Source: Tubulanus polymorphus
Lineage: Eukaryota; Animalia; Nemertea
DNA length: 64,000 bases
Assembly (NCBI RefSeq): GCF_964204645.1
Contig: NC_134029.1
Coordinates: forward strand, 14,100,850-14,164,849
Direction: 5' to 3'
Shown here piece by piece: positions 11,477-24,619 of the stretch (its first letter is position 1; every line of letters begins with the position of its first letter). The notes beneath the pieces were generated by a model, which had not been told where the DNA came from, did not search any database, and saw nothing but the letters and a program-made list of their open reading frames with translations. The translations under genes were made by a program, and so were the position numbers.

Positions 11477-14400
11477 ATGGAAGCAAATAAGAAGTACTAC
11501 TGTCCAACATGTAAAATCAATATAGATAAATCCCAAAAAGCAAGACATGATGAAACTAAATCTCACTTAGAGAATAAATTGAAATTAGAATATAAAGATG
11601 ATGTATTAGAAACTAAATTAGATGAATTAAAGAATGAAAAAGAAATATATAAATGTGATACATGTAATCAATCATTCAGTAACAAAAGATATTATAAAGA
11701 ACATTTAAAATCTAAAAGTCATATTAGACATATTAATAATGATATTTTAGGTGAAGAATATTTTGATAAAGATATTGATAAGAAACAGAAGACATTTAAA
11801 AGAATAAAAAATAAATTAAACAATAAAAGACCATACATACATGGAAGATGTTACAAAATTTTTTTATTCATTCAATAATAAAAAAGAAATAGAAATAACC
11901 GAAGCATTCAAAAGTGATATTGGACCAGCTGCTATTGAATTTGAATTTCATAAAGGCAAAACATTAGAAGAAAATAAAAAACATTTAGAAAATATGAAAA
12001 TATAAAAATAATTACAGACGTAGAATATCCTAAGATTAGTATATCGGCTAAAGTTAAATTTTTTGACGCCTTATAAAACGTTACCATTATGAAACCTAAA
12101 CAATGTTAACCATTCAGCGTCATTTTACAAACGACAGCCGTAAATCGATGTGCAAAAGGTCACAGGTCTATGTGTACACAAACAAGCTATCTGGCAAAAT
12201 ATTATTGACATAGATGTAGAATGGCTTACTGTGATTATATAATGACCTATATTTGAACGTCGAAATGTTATATTGCATTGAATATCATTAGAAGACGTAT
12301 TGTAATAGTAAAGGATGTATGATTATATCAGAAGGGGCAGGCATAAATAGAAATGATAAGTAAATCGGATTATTCGGTTAAATGGCGGATGTATACACGA
12401 TTTGGAAGTCTGATATAAAAGTCAGACCCTGACGTGGGCATGCCGGTGGAATGACGAAGCTATCTACGATGTGTGTAGGGCCGGCGTGAATTTCATCAGC
12501 GGCTAAAAGCGGTCAATATGAAAATGTGTAAACATATAATTTCAATATTCAAACGTTTTAGAAAATATGTTTGATATTAGGAGTATGCAGGTTTCGTGAG
12601 ATTAGCAATTTATAATAGCATAGCTATCATATACGGCTCCGCGTCCTCTGATGGCATGTGTATTAGGTGACAATTCAATTGAATTCTTTATTGATCCTTA
12701 TTACATTGAAATTTCGGGATAGAATTCCCAAATTCAATAAATACAAATTTTAAAATAAATTAATACAACATACATGACACACGGGTAATTCATACAGAAC
12801 AACATAAGCATGTTATTTTAAATGACAATGTCTACTTCAACCCACCCAGACTCAAGACTCTAGGATATCGAGTGACAGCCAAACCCGTGGCCCGGGCCGG
12901 CTGGCTAGGCCACACGATATGCTCGAAGTCATGATGAAGCAGACATCAGAAGAGCTCGTTCTTCAACCATGGAGGCAATGAAGTTGCAGACCAGCTTAGA
13001 GGCATAAGTAAATGAAGTCGGTCGCAAGTTTGCGATCAATTATTGAGAATTTTCAATAAAAAAATTTAAACCACTACTAGAGTCGAAGACCCGCTGTATC
13101 ATCTACCCAATCGCCAAATCTCATCATTCCCCAAATTTCTTAAAACTTCGATTTCAAATTTGCAATTCCACATTAGCTTAGCCCAGAAATTATACATTTT
13201 TTTCGCAGGCGTCAAATAATTTTCTAAAATTAATTTTCTTGTTAAAATCTGAAGATAAACCAATATATAATATAATTCTCATTCACAACATATTATATCT
13301 AAACAACATATTGATGATAGATTAGATAAATGTTATAATGAAATAAAAAATAAGATAGAAGAGATATATTTTGAAGGATCAGGTTTAATATTTGATGTAA
13401 TAATATTTATGACTTTACATGTGTATAACACAAAATATAATAAGTTAACTAAATCGAAACCAACTGATGAAAATAATTTATCATATTTTAAAGATGATAA
13501 TATAAATGGATCAAGTTATATCAAATTACCATTTAAAACTAATGCTGTTATAAATGTACAAAATTCTGTTGATAAATGTTTTCTATGGTCAATAATTAGT
13601 TGCTTACATCCTGCAACTGATAATATTTGTAGAGTATCAAATTATAAACCATTTGAAAATAATTATAAGGTAGATAATTATCCTGTTAGCATTAAAAATA
13701 TCCCAAAAATAGAAAGAGATAATAATATAAAGATAAATGTGTTTGATTTAGTCAAATTACCAAAAACAAAAGGTAATAATATTAAACATTATACATTAGA
13801 ACCTTAATACCTATCAAAAGATTATGATTCAAATGGTTTTATAGATATATTATATTATGAGAATCATTATTTGTGGATTAAAAGAATTGATCTATTTTTC
13901 AAATCAGAAAATGATTTTGATAATAAAATATATCTATGTAGAAAATGTATAACTAAATTCAGAACTGAAAGTGCATTATTAAATCATAAACAATTATATG
14001 ATAATCATGATTATTGTAAAATAGTTTTACCAAATGAAAAGGATAAAATATTAGAATTCAAAAAATATGATTACAAGAATAAAGTACCATTTGTAATATA
14101 TGGTTATCTGTTATAATTGGTTATTCAGATCCTCTAATAACAAATGCTATTAAAAAGATCAAAGTGCTGCAGCTTTCGGGTTATATATAAAATCTGATTA
14201 TCCAGAACTAATTGAAAGTGAATATTATCATTATAGAAATGAAAATGTTATCAATCATTTTTGTGACTTATTAATTGAGTATGAAATAAAATGTAATGAA
14301 AAGTTGAATGAAAATAAAGAAATAATTACGACAGAAGAAGATAAAGAAGAATTTGAGTTTGCTGATAAATGTTATTATTGTGAAAAACTATTTAATTTTA

Positions 14401-16157
14401 AAGATAAAAAAGTTAGAGATCATGATCATTTGAATAGTAAATTTAGAGGAGCAGCGCATGAGAATTGTAACTTACAAGCTAAGAAAATTAACTTTGTTCC
14501 AGTAATATTTCATAATTTATCAGGGTATGATGCTTATTTATTTATCAAACAGCTATGTCATAAAATGGAAGAAATCAATAATGAAATAGAAAGATTAAAT
14601 CCAAATAGATCAAAAGATGTTGCTAATATACCAACTTATAAATTTAAAATGTTAGCTAAAACATCTGAAAATTATATATCTTTCCAATTTGGGTGTCTAA
14701 GATTTATAGATTGATATAGATTTTTAAGTAGTTCATTAGATAATTTATCAAAATCATTAGTTGATGATGAATTAAAAATATAAAAACAACAGTATCCAAA
14801 TAATGATGATTTTCAATTAATGAGATATAAAGGAGCAATTCCATATAGTTTTTATAAATCGCATAATAATAAGAACAATTCTATGATGAATTAAAAAATG
14901 AATATGTTTAATATGAAGTCTATAATAGAACATTGAATATTTGGAATCATTTTGGAATGAAAAATCATGGACAATTAGTAGATTTATATTTAAAATCAGA
15001 TGTATTATTATTAACTGATTTATTTGAAAGGTTTAGAGATGTAAATCTAAAATATTTCAATATTGATCCTTGTCATTGTTATTCTAGACAAGGTTTAACT
15101 TGGGATTGTGGATTAAAATTTACAGATATAAAAATGGATTTGTTAACAATTATAGATCTATTATTATTATTTAAAAAATCTATAAGAGGAGGAGTTTCAG
15201 GTGTATTAGGCAATAGATATTTCAATGTAAATGATAACCCTGGATATAAGTTATTATATATAGATGCAAATAATTTATATGGTTGGGCAATGATGGAACC
15301 ACAACCTTATGGAGTATTTGAAATAACTGAAGTTTTACAACATGAATAATGATAAATTTGATTGGAAGAATTCTAGATATTGCAGATGATTCAGAGACTG
15401 GTTACTTCTTTGTTGTAGATTTAGAATATCCTGAAGATAAAAATTTAAATCTAGAAATCTAGCATACTGTCCCGAACATAAAACTGTAACACATGAAGAA
15501 TTATCAAATTATCAAAAAAGAATTAAACCCAAAAATCAAATTCATACAGAAAAGTTAATGGTAACTCAGGAAGATAAATATAATGATGTAGTACATTATA
15601 GAATGTTAAAATTCTATTTGAATCAAGGAATGATTCTAAAAAAAGTACATAGGTATATTTCATTCAGTCAATCTAAATGATTAGAAAAATATATAGATTT
15701 TAACACCAGAGAACTAAAGCTAAAACTGATTTTGAGAAAGATTTCTTCAAGTTAATGAATAATGCATTCTATGGTAAGACCTGTGAGAATATTAGAAATA
15801 GAAATGATATTGAGTTAGTTAGCAATGGTAAAAGGATAAGGCATTTACAAACATATCCTAAATTCATTGGTAACAGAATAAAATTTAGCCGCTGTTAAAA
15901 TGAGAAGAACATCAATGAAATTTAATAAACCAATTTATGTTGGTGCTTCAGTTTTAGAAATATCAAAATTATTGATGTATGAATTCTATTATAACGTATT
16001 ACAACCTCATTTTGGAGAAAAGAATATAGAAATCTTATATATTGATACTGACAGTTACATATTAAAGATAAAAACTAATAACATAACAGATGATTTAAAA
16101 ACATTAAAACATCATTTTGATTTCAGTAACTATCCAAAAGCTCACGAATTGTTTAGC
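11477..16157 (+). pseudogene. polB: Protein-primed family B DNA polymerase with N-terminal C2H2 zinc fingers and an HNH/EndoVII-like insert
   Basis: CPTC..H and CDTC..HLKSKSH fingers; GSSYIKLP, DKCFLWSI, DHDHLNSKFRGAAHENCNL, FHNLSGYDAY, YLKSDVLLLTDLFERFR, SIRGGVS, YIDANNLYGWAM, KDFFKLMNNAFYGKTCENIR, YIDTDS. Many stops and frameshifts, an insertion at 12061-13241, and the C-terminus replaced by the BEL element. Confidence 0.92.
12061..13241 (+). mobile_element. Non-coding Helentron-type insertion splitting polB
   Basis: Composition shift; subterminal inverted repeat tttgacgcct (12062-12071) / aggcgtcaaa (13207-13216), then a short taatttt..aaaatta hairpin. Inserted in a T run; polB-like coding resumes after it. 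Confidence 0.6.
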
Positions 16158-19100
16158 ATCCCTCAAGAAAAAAGATCAAAGTGGAATGACTTTGTCCATA
16201 GAATATCTCGAGTAAGAGAACCAACGTTAATCGACTTGCAGCATTGGCTCAAAGACTGCATTGATGCGCACTTTGGTCCATATTCCGTTGCTAGCAAGTA
16301 AAAATGTAGCGATAGTCAGATAAGTAATTCTGGAACTTTAGTTCCTCGTGTAAGGCATACAACTCTTAATACGTCTCAATGTAATAACGGTAACGATTAA
16401 CAATGAGTTATTTGTTCAGAAAACCATCATCTTTCTAGGTGTAAATATTATATTGACAAATCAATTAATGATAGATATCAGTTGATTAGAAACAATCGTT
16501 TATGTCTTAATTGCTTATATCCTGGCCATTTCCTTAATTCATGTCCATCCAGTGGCGTCTGTAAGGAATTGGGATGCAGAAAGAAGCATCATACTTCTAT
16601 TCATCGGCCTCGTAATGATAAAAGTACTGTTAATAATGTTCAAACATCTAGTAACTGTACGGTGTTAATGCAGGTTGTAATACTCTGCAAGTTTATTTTC
16701 AGATAGTGCCGATTACAGCGCAGGGAAGCAACGGTCGCCGCGTGTCCACATATGCTCTGCTGGATTCTGCCAGTGATGTCACCTTTATTAATAATGAACT
16801 AGCAAATGATCTTGGTTTGCATCGTAAGAGACGCTTGCTAACGGTTAACACCCTCCATACTAGTACTTCGCATCATTCTCAGTGCGTTTCGTTTTCAATG
16901 CGTTCTCAGTCGGATCTCTATAGTGATGTTATTACTTCAAAAATGCATGGACAAATTACGGCAACTTCAATTGTTCATCTCAAAATATTAAAGCTCGTGT
17001 TTCTGATATGCAACATTTGAATGGTTTGGAGATTTGTGACGTATGCCTCGATCAGATTAGGGTATTAATAGGAGTGGATGTGCCAAAGGCTCACCTCCAA
17101 ATTGACGTAAAAGAAGGCGCTGCAGGGGAGCCTTTTGCTATTAAAATTTGCCTGGGTTGGTGTCTCTTTAGTCCTTCATATGTAGAATCTTTGGCTGAAT
17201 CTTTGGCTGGAATCTTTCGTCCAAGCTCACGTTAATTGTATAATTGCAGGGGATAAGGATTTAAACGAACAGGTTGAACGTTTTTGGTCCACTGAGTCTT
17301 TTGGTGTAGCCTGTCAAGGTCAGACAGGGTCAATTGAGGATCAAAGGGCCTTGTCTATCTTAGAAAATATTACAAAAATCGTTGAGGGGCACTATGAAGT
17401 GGGGATGCTTTGGAGGGATAAGAGTAGTACGCTTCCTTTTAATAAATCAGTTGCTGAAAGGAGGTTTGGAATTTTGGCTAGTCGTTTGTATAAAGATCCA
17501 AACATAAAAAAAGGGTATTCTGATACATTGAACGGTTACATCGCCGATGGTTATGCACGCAAGTTGACGTATGAGGACGCTTCAGTCGTTAGTCCCAGAA
17601 CATGGTTCATACCACATCATTGCGTGTTGAATGCAAAAAAGCCTGGTAAATTCAGAGTCGTATTCGACGCGGCTTCAAAATGTGAAGGAATTTCACGGCG
17701 GTTAAAGGCGGGTTTCATTTAACCAAATTCATGTCTTCAAGTAAAAACGTTTTGGCGCATATACCTGATATCGATCGTAATGATCCCACGTTAGGTTTAG
17801 AGTTCAATGAACTGTCAGTCGAGAGGGTCTTTGGTATTAAGTGGAATCCTGAAAATGATGTTTTTCTGTTTAGGCCTGACATTAAAGAAATTTCTCCTAC
17901 TAAACGCCGTAATCTTATCACTGTTTGTTCAATTTTCGATCCCTGTGGATATCTCGCTCCATTTACGTTTAAAGCGAAATGTTTAATACAGGATTTAAGG
18001 AGGTGCAATTTAGACTGGGATGATGAATTGACCGATAATTTGCTTGTTAGATGGCGCGCGTGGCAAGATGAGTTACCTTTTCTTGCAAATGTTAGTATCC
18101 CTCGCCACCACTTAGGTTTCTCTTCTAACGCAAAACATATTGAGTTACATCTGTTCTCGGATGCTTCAGAACGTGGCTTTGGTTCTGTTGCGTACCTGTG
18201 TTATACTTTTGATATTTCTATTCCTTGTTCAACAGCTGCATCAAAAACTCATTTAGCTCCAATTTAACAGAGATTAACGGTGCCAAAATTTGAACTACAA
18301 GGTGCAGTTATGTCCACATGTTTATCAGAGACGTTAAGGGCTGAATTAGGAATTTCATTTGTATTGATAAAGTATTTCTTTGGTCTGATTCAACCACTGT
18401 ATTGAGGTACATAAGCAATGAATCAAAGCGATTCAAGATGTTTGTAGCTAATAGAGTTACGGAGATTCGTGAATCTACTAATCCTAATCAGTGGAAATAT
18501 GTCCCTAGTAATTTAAACCCAGCAGATGACTGTACTTGCGGTCCTCCAGCTGGAAGTTTAACTATTGAACAAAGATGGTTACGAGGGCCAGAGTTTCTTT
18601 TTCAGACGACTGAAAAATGGCCGGATCAGCCGGTCTTAGGTTCCATTAGTGAAAACGATGATAACGTTCAAAGGTTCAAATATGTGAACAACACTGCTGT
18701 TTACGACAGTTCTTTACTTCTTAGTTTAGCCTTGAGGGTCTAATTACGCCTCAAGATGTTTCATCATTGATGTTGCTAAAACGCAAAACTGCATGGATTT
18801 TGCGAGCAGTAAGAAATTTTGCTGCTAAAATTCCCAGGCTGGGTATGACGGCTATAAAATCCAAATATTTCTTACCAGAGGAATTAAATGATGCAAAGAT
18901 GTGTTTAATTGTAAATGCGCAACGGGAATCGTACCCGAGCGAGTATAATTCGCTGCATCAAGGCATAGTAGCTAATAAGAGTAGGTTACGTTGTCTCGAT
19001 CCATTCATAGATGGTCCCTGTATAAGCATCAATTGTTACTCCCATTTGGTCACCATATTACGAATCTAATCGTGAAACGTGAACATTTATTGTCATTGCA

Positions 19101-20783
19101 TTCTGGGCCTGAACATGTCATAGCGTCTGTACGACAAAATTATTGGCCTATCAAGGCTCGAATTGTGGCGAAATCAGTCATTCGCAAATGTTTTACTTGT
19201 TGGCGACGAACGGCAATGCCTAAGATACCTTTTATGTCTGATTTACCGGACTTTCGTTAACTGCGTATTCTCACCCATTTGAATATACAGGAGTTGATTA
19301 CCTTGGACCTCTGTTAGTAAAAAGAGGTTGTTCTGTTATTAAACGATGGGTATGTCTATTCACTTGCCATGTGACTCGGTCAGTTCTACTTGAATAAGCA
19401 GATTCCCTCGAAACTGATATTTTCATGTTTGTTCAACGTAGTTTTATTAATAGACGTGGTACGCCTGGGGAGTTGTATAGTGACAATGGAACCAATTTCA
19501 TTGGTGCTGAAAGGGAATTAAAGTCTTCTCTTTCAGAATGGAATCAGTCATTCATATCGAATTTTTTAGTAGAAAAAGGCACGAAGTGGATTTTCATGCC
19601 GCCCAACGCGCCTCACTTCGGTGGCGTATGGGAACTATTAGTTAGGTCGGTTAAGAGAGCTTAAGTCAGTACTTGGGGAGCAATGTGTTTGTGAAACTGT
19701 GTTACGTACTAGCCTTATAGAGGTGGAGGGTGCCATCAACAGTAGACCCCTTACATATAACAGCTCAACGATCTAACACCAATAACCCCTAATCATTTTC
19801 TCCATGGTGGAGCATCTTCAATAATCTCATTTGGTAAGTTTGAAAACTAAGAGATCAATAGCCGTAAAAGGTGGCGGCAGTGTCAGGTTCTGGCGGACCA
19901 TGTGTGGGATGATGGATCGTTGAATACTTGCCTTCCCTCACTGTAAGAGGTAAGTGCACTGATGAAAACTCTAATGTAAATATTGGAGATTTAGTAATTA
20001 TCGTTGATAAGAATATCCCAAGGGGACAATGGTCGTTAGGTAGGGTAACAAATACTATGCCCGGTAAGGATGGACGAGTAAGAGCCCTTAAGGTCAAAAC
20101 AAGAGGTTCTGAGTACATACAACCTGTATCTAAAATTTGTGTATTAGAGGAAAATCGCTGACAAAATTATTATTAGATAATAACCGTATCATGGGTACAT
20201 GTGCTGTCACATGAGTGACTAAGCGTTGTAAAATTTTGCCAACATATGTATTGTTGCCAAGGAGGTGCTATGTTAGAAATTAGCTTTAATTTATAATTAG
20301 ATTATTAAAAGATTTTGTCATATAAGAAATTATTCATTAGCTATGGTTTTTTTGTATTTGTTATGATTTGTAATTTCATACTTTCTTCGTGTTTTTTACA
20401 CTCTGCAAGTTTTGATATGGATTATAGATTATGAGTTGTGCATTTCCGTGTAGGCGAATGCCTTATATCATGCCTTAACGGCTCAGTAACTTTTGGCATA
20501 TATAATGTTTGATCAGAAATCTGTGTATTCAGTGTCAGCTCTACATTGTCGCACAGTGAACATGAAATTGTGAGTAGCCTCTCTTTAAATATGATTATAT
20601 CAATTATGTCAAATGCTATAATTTGTGGCACATGATGTAAAAAGGAGCATAATTATTGTTGCAGGAATGTTTATTTGTTTATCCTTTGTAGCAAACCATG
20701 AATACATAATAAATAATGTGTTTGAAACGTTCGCTGTAGTTGATTTAGATCGTTGCCAGTCGCCGGTCAGCCAAGGCACGACA
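16158..20783 (+). mobile_element. BEL/Pao LTR retrotransposon, 5'-deleted and decayed (gag, protease, partial RT, RNase H, integrase, 3' LTR)
   Basis: Gag knuckles CLNCLYPGHFLNSC and CKELGCRKKHHTSIH; protease ALLDSASD; WFIPHHCVLNAKKPGKFRVVFDAA; LHLFSDASERGFG; FVANRV; NPADDC; integrase SDNGTNFIGA, PPNAPHFGGVWE; GQWSLGRV. Confidence 0.92.
20271..20783 (+). repeat. Putative 3' LTR of the BEL/Pao element
   Basis: Purine tract aaggagg precedes TGTT at 20271; aataaa near 20708; ends in ACA at 20783, where AT-rich Polinton sequence resumes. No 5' LTR is available for comparison. Confidence 0.6.
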
Positions 20784-20905
20784 GTTGCAATTTAGATGAA
20801 TACTTAAAGTTTAAAAGAGAATAAGCAAAAGAGAATGAGATTATGAAAAGGATTCTAACATGTTAATCGGCTTTAATTCAATTTTAATAAAAATATGTAT
20901 AATAA

Positions 20906-21252
20906 ATGGAGAGTAATCAAGCACACAGTGAGAACAACAAATCATTTCTAGATAGAATAAAAGATATCACAAATGCTAAATCAGAGGATTATATATTTAA
21001 AAAACTAAATGAACTAACAATTCATAAGAAATATTTAATTACAAATATTGATACAGTTTCTAATAAATATGGAGATAAATTAGTTTAGAATATGAAGGAT
21101 TAAAGGGAAATAAATATAAATTCAGAACATATTTACCAGATAGATTGAATAGATTATCTAGTGAAGATTTAGAAGAATTATGTTCTGGTGATTTCTATTT
21201 CATATACAAAGGTAAGAATGAAAAAGGGCACCATGATATAGATTTTGAATAA
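20906..21252 (+). pseudogene. Small Polinton ORF with one frameshift, possibly OB-fold/ssDNA-binding-like
   Basis: FKKLNELTIHKKYLITNIDTVSNKYGDKLV, continuing in another frame as LEYEGLKGNKYKFRTYLPDRLN...FIYKGKNEKGHHDIDFE*. The fold is an inference. Confidence 0.45.
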
Positions 21253-21266
21253 AATATGTAAAATAA

Positions 21267-21986
21267 ATGGTAGAATTAAAAGAATATAGAATATATGTTG
21301 ATTCTAGAAAACAATTAAATTCTAAATCTCATAATTTACTTGTACAATTAGATAAAGAATTTAAGAATTGTGTAGGTTTTAGTATATCGGATAAAACTTT
21401 CGAACATAGAGGTTTTGCAATTTATATGAGAAATAAAAATAAATGGTTTCATCTATTTTTAAAACCAGGATTATATAATTTAGAATCATTAGCGCAGGAA
21501 ATTAATAGAAGAGCTCGGTTGAAAATCGGGAGTACTGATGAATTTGGAATTAAATTTATTAAAATTGATAGTTCTAATAAAATAAGAATAAAGTTATCTA
21601 CTGAACAAAATAAATTTATGGTAAACAAACTAATAGCTAAAATGCTAGGAATTAAACCGCATATTGTTACTGGAAACGCAGAAGGTAGCTCAAATATAAT
21701 ACCTTTTACACACTTTTATATTTATTGCAATTTAATTTATCCTACAAAAACTTTCGAAGCAACTTAAGATACAATTTGTAATTCTAGTATATTAAATATT
21801 TTACCACTAAAAAATGTTAAACAATTTGGAACGCAAATAAATTATAATTTAGCTGAATGTGATTTCAAACCATGCATTCCACAATTTAATAATTTTAGAT
21901 TAGAAATAAGAAATCATAATGGATATTTAATTGATTTGAATAATTTTTCTGTGATATATGAATTAGTTATAAGATGTAGAGAGTAA
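21267..21986 (+). pseudogene. Minor capsid (penton, single jelly-roll)-like gene with one in-frame stop at 21765
   Basis: IYVDSR at the N-terminus, LKPGLYNLESL, LIAKMLGI, FYIYCNLI, and in-frame read-through SILNILPL...RLEIRNHNGYLIDLNNFSVIYELVI, a pattern typical of Polinton pentons. Confidence 0.7.
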
Positions 21987-22063
21987 TTTTTTTTTATATA
22001 CATAAATATGAATATAACAGTAGGAGTATATGTTTTGGATTTGATTTTAAACGTGAGAAAGAA

Positions 22064-22363
22064 ATGAAATTTGATATTAATGATGTAATAACACATATTA
22101 AAAATATTGCATTTTCTAATGAAACAACATTTGAATATGAAACAACAATAAATAAAGAAACTTTTGATGTAGGAAAGATTACTGATTTAATTAGAGAGTC
22201 TTTAAGATTTTATGAATTAGATGAAGATTTTATCATTGATGATATTAAAAGAATAATAACTGAAATATATGAAAATAAAACGAATAATATTATGAATGTT
22301 GAAATAATTATAACTAAGTTAACTAAATATTTTGAAGATAGTATTTTTTTAATTAATAAATGA
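22064..22363 (+). CDS. Polinton hypothetical acidic protein (99 aa)
   Basis: Intact ORF within the compact co-oriented array; its stop overlaps the next ATG. Confidence 0.5.
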   Translation: MKFDINDVITHIKNIAFSNETTFEYETTINKETFDVGKITDLIRESLRFYELDEDFIIDDIKRIITEIYENKTNNIMNVEIIITKLTKYFEDSIFLINK

Positions 22364-22567
22364 GTGATTATAAGTGAATAATAAAATGGTGCCTTACTAT
22401 CAGTGGGAACTGTTGGTTATATAATGGTATCAAAAAAAGTATTTAAAATGGGAAGTGTTAACATTGATAGATTTGATATCAATGATATTTTAAAATTAAC
22501 GTCAGCAGTTACTTTATCTAATTTAACTATTGATTATTTGGAAAAACAAAAATATATTCCTATATAA
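22360..22567 (+). pseudogene. Small amphipathic Polinton/adintovirus-type protein, disrupted near its start
   Basis: TAAATG start, then NGALLSVGTVGYIMVSKKVFKMGSVNIDRFDINDILKLTSAVTLSNLTIDYLEKQKYIPI*. Not in the ORF track. Confidence 0.45.
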
Positions 22568-22591
22568 ATGCGTAATTTTTTTACTAAATAA

Positions 22592-23014
22592 ATGGCATCT
22601 GCAATTATAACTATTATAGGATCAGCAATTGTTAACCCTTTAGCATTTACAGGTGGTGGGTATTTATTTAAGCATATTGATAAAAATGGTTCATTATCAG
22701 AACAAAAAAGACATAACTTAGCATTAGAAAAATGTAATAAAGCTGCAGAAGAATATAGAGAAAAAAGACAAAACTATATGGATTACATCAATAAAGAATT
22801 ATATAATCAGAAAATTTCACATAGAGATTTTCAATCAGTCGATGATGCAATGAGTTTATATAACGCAGTAACAAATAAAGAAAAATTACATCTATACAAA
22901 CCCAAATTATCAGATTATTATACCCCAAGTAGGGAACAGAGGAAATATGAAATAATTTGGATTTTAGGCGGAACAGTTATTGTTATATTTGTAGCATATA
23001 AATTTACAAATTAG
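22592..23014 (+). CDS. Polinton/adintovirus-type small protein with hydrophobic N- and C-termini (140 aa)
   Basis: MASAIITIIGSAIVNPLAFTGGGYLF...EQKRHNLALEK...PKLSDYYTPSREQRKYE plus a C-terminal TM segment. Intact ORF. Confidence 0.65.
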   Translation: MASAIITIIGSAIVNPLAFTGGGYLFKHIDKNGSLSEQKRHNLALEKCNKAAEEYREKRQNYMDYINKELYNQKISHRDFQSVDDAMSLYNAVTNKEKLHLYKPKLSDYYTPSREQRKYEIIWILGGTVIVIFVAYKFTN

Positions 23015-23983
23015 TATTTTTTTTTCTAAATAAATGGATGATAAAATTGATAATGTTGATATTATTCATGATATAAATGAAACTAAATTAAAAATATAGC
23101 TGCAAAGCAGCGATAACGGGTTTTCTGCTGTCTTAGAATCCTGTTCATCGGTGGATTTCGACAAAGCATTTGATAAGGCATTACATCAGCCATTACTACC
23201 TAAACAGGCTATTAGGAAACAGTATCAATGATAGGTCGCCCAAATGGCTCAGCAGTTATCTCTGAACGAAAACTTATAGCCAAAATCAACGGAACGCCTC
23301 ATCTTGGAATAAGTCGGTCTAACTAGTGGAGTCACGCTAGGTAGTATCCTAAGTCGTCTACTGTTTAATGTCCTGACAAATGACATACACAGTAATCCAA
23401 AATATACCGCAAATCAATTGTGACAAAGTATTGATGCGAATGACCTATTTAGTTCATCGACCATGTACTGAACACTATTATTGTGCCCCAGCATTTGGGG
23501 TCATTCTACTTGAACCCCAACATTCAATATGTCCACCATATTCTGGTGATGATGTAGTCATTTTAATTTTTCTGCCAACTTCATTTCTTCTTTCATATTA
23601 ATCTAACATTAAACATCATTAAGTATGCGTCCCCTTATTGAAATTAGGTTAACTATCTCAATATATCGATGTAACTAGGAAGACCTTATTTAAAATGTCG
23701 AGATTTTTATGTCGACTTTTTGCGATATTGTCTCAATAAATTGCCATACGTATCACGACATTTTAGCTAAAGGAGTGATAATTATGTCGACGGTTCGCGG
23801 TTATGTTGCGATACAGACGTCGACATTGGTGAAAGGCGTGATCCGTATAACGATTTATCGTGATATTAACACGATATATCGACTTAATTATGTCGATAAA
23901 TCACGATATATCACGTTTGTTCGACATAATTTCGTCGTGATAAAAGGTCGCGACGGTTTTGTATGGGTCCCATATATACGGAA

Positions 23984-24414
23984 GTACGGAAGCGATAAAG
24001 GGCCTCGAGTTGTCGCGTTCCAACTCGACAAAGTCGCCATATTTATGTCGACATATCGCGATATATTGCTTCAAGTCGACATGAATATGTCGACATATTG
24101 TGACGTTATGACGACATATTTCGTTTTCTCAACCATTTTCCTCACAACAATTCAACATATTCATGACGACTTGAAACTCAGTTGCCATATAACTGGCGTC
24201 CTCATCTTACATTTCGACGTGTCTTCAAATGACGGCTTGTCCCGTGGAAAATGGGCGAAAAAGCGAAATTTGTCGTGAAAAGTCGCGTGTGTAGACACAT
24301 TCATGTCGACTTGACGCGATATATCGCGATATGTCGACATAAATATAGCACCTTGTCGAGTTGGAAGCGACAACTCCAGGCCCTTTATCGCTTTTGACAT
24401 ATAAGCTTCCGTAC
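23984..24414. repeat. MITE-like foldback with about 160-bp inverted arms
   Basis: tacggaagcgataaagggcctcgagttgtcgcgttccaactcgac... versus ...gtcgagttggaagcgacaactccaggccctttatcgctt. A second copy lies at about 42543-42958. Confidence 0.75.
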
Positions 24415-24619
24415 ATCTTTAGAAAAAGAAATCATATATGTGATCTTTCATTAAGTAGGATCACTTGAATGATCGCTTTTATATCACTTTAAAAAAAAAC
24501 GAATCTGCCAAAATGACCTTAATGTTCGACACTATATCAGATTAATCGACTTCAAAATAGGCGAAAGCATAAGTCTTTATTACGTTATTAATTGGCCTAA
24601 TTATTCAAAAGCTAATAAA

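Noticed and set aside
15900-16301. A functional PolB-Gag fusion protein
   Set aside because: Both partners are pseudogenised and the frame stops shortly after the junction; it is a chance in-frame breakpoint.
23709-24278. 189-aa ORF and its counterpart at 42705-43109
   Set aside because: They lie in a palindrome-rich repeat, have no recognisable domain, and start, stop and indels differ between the copies.
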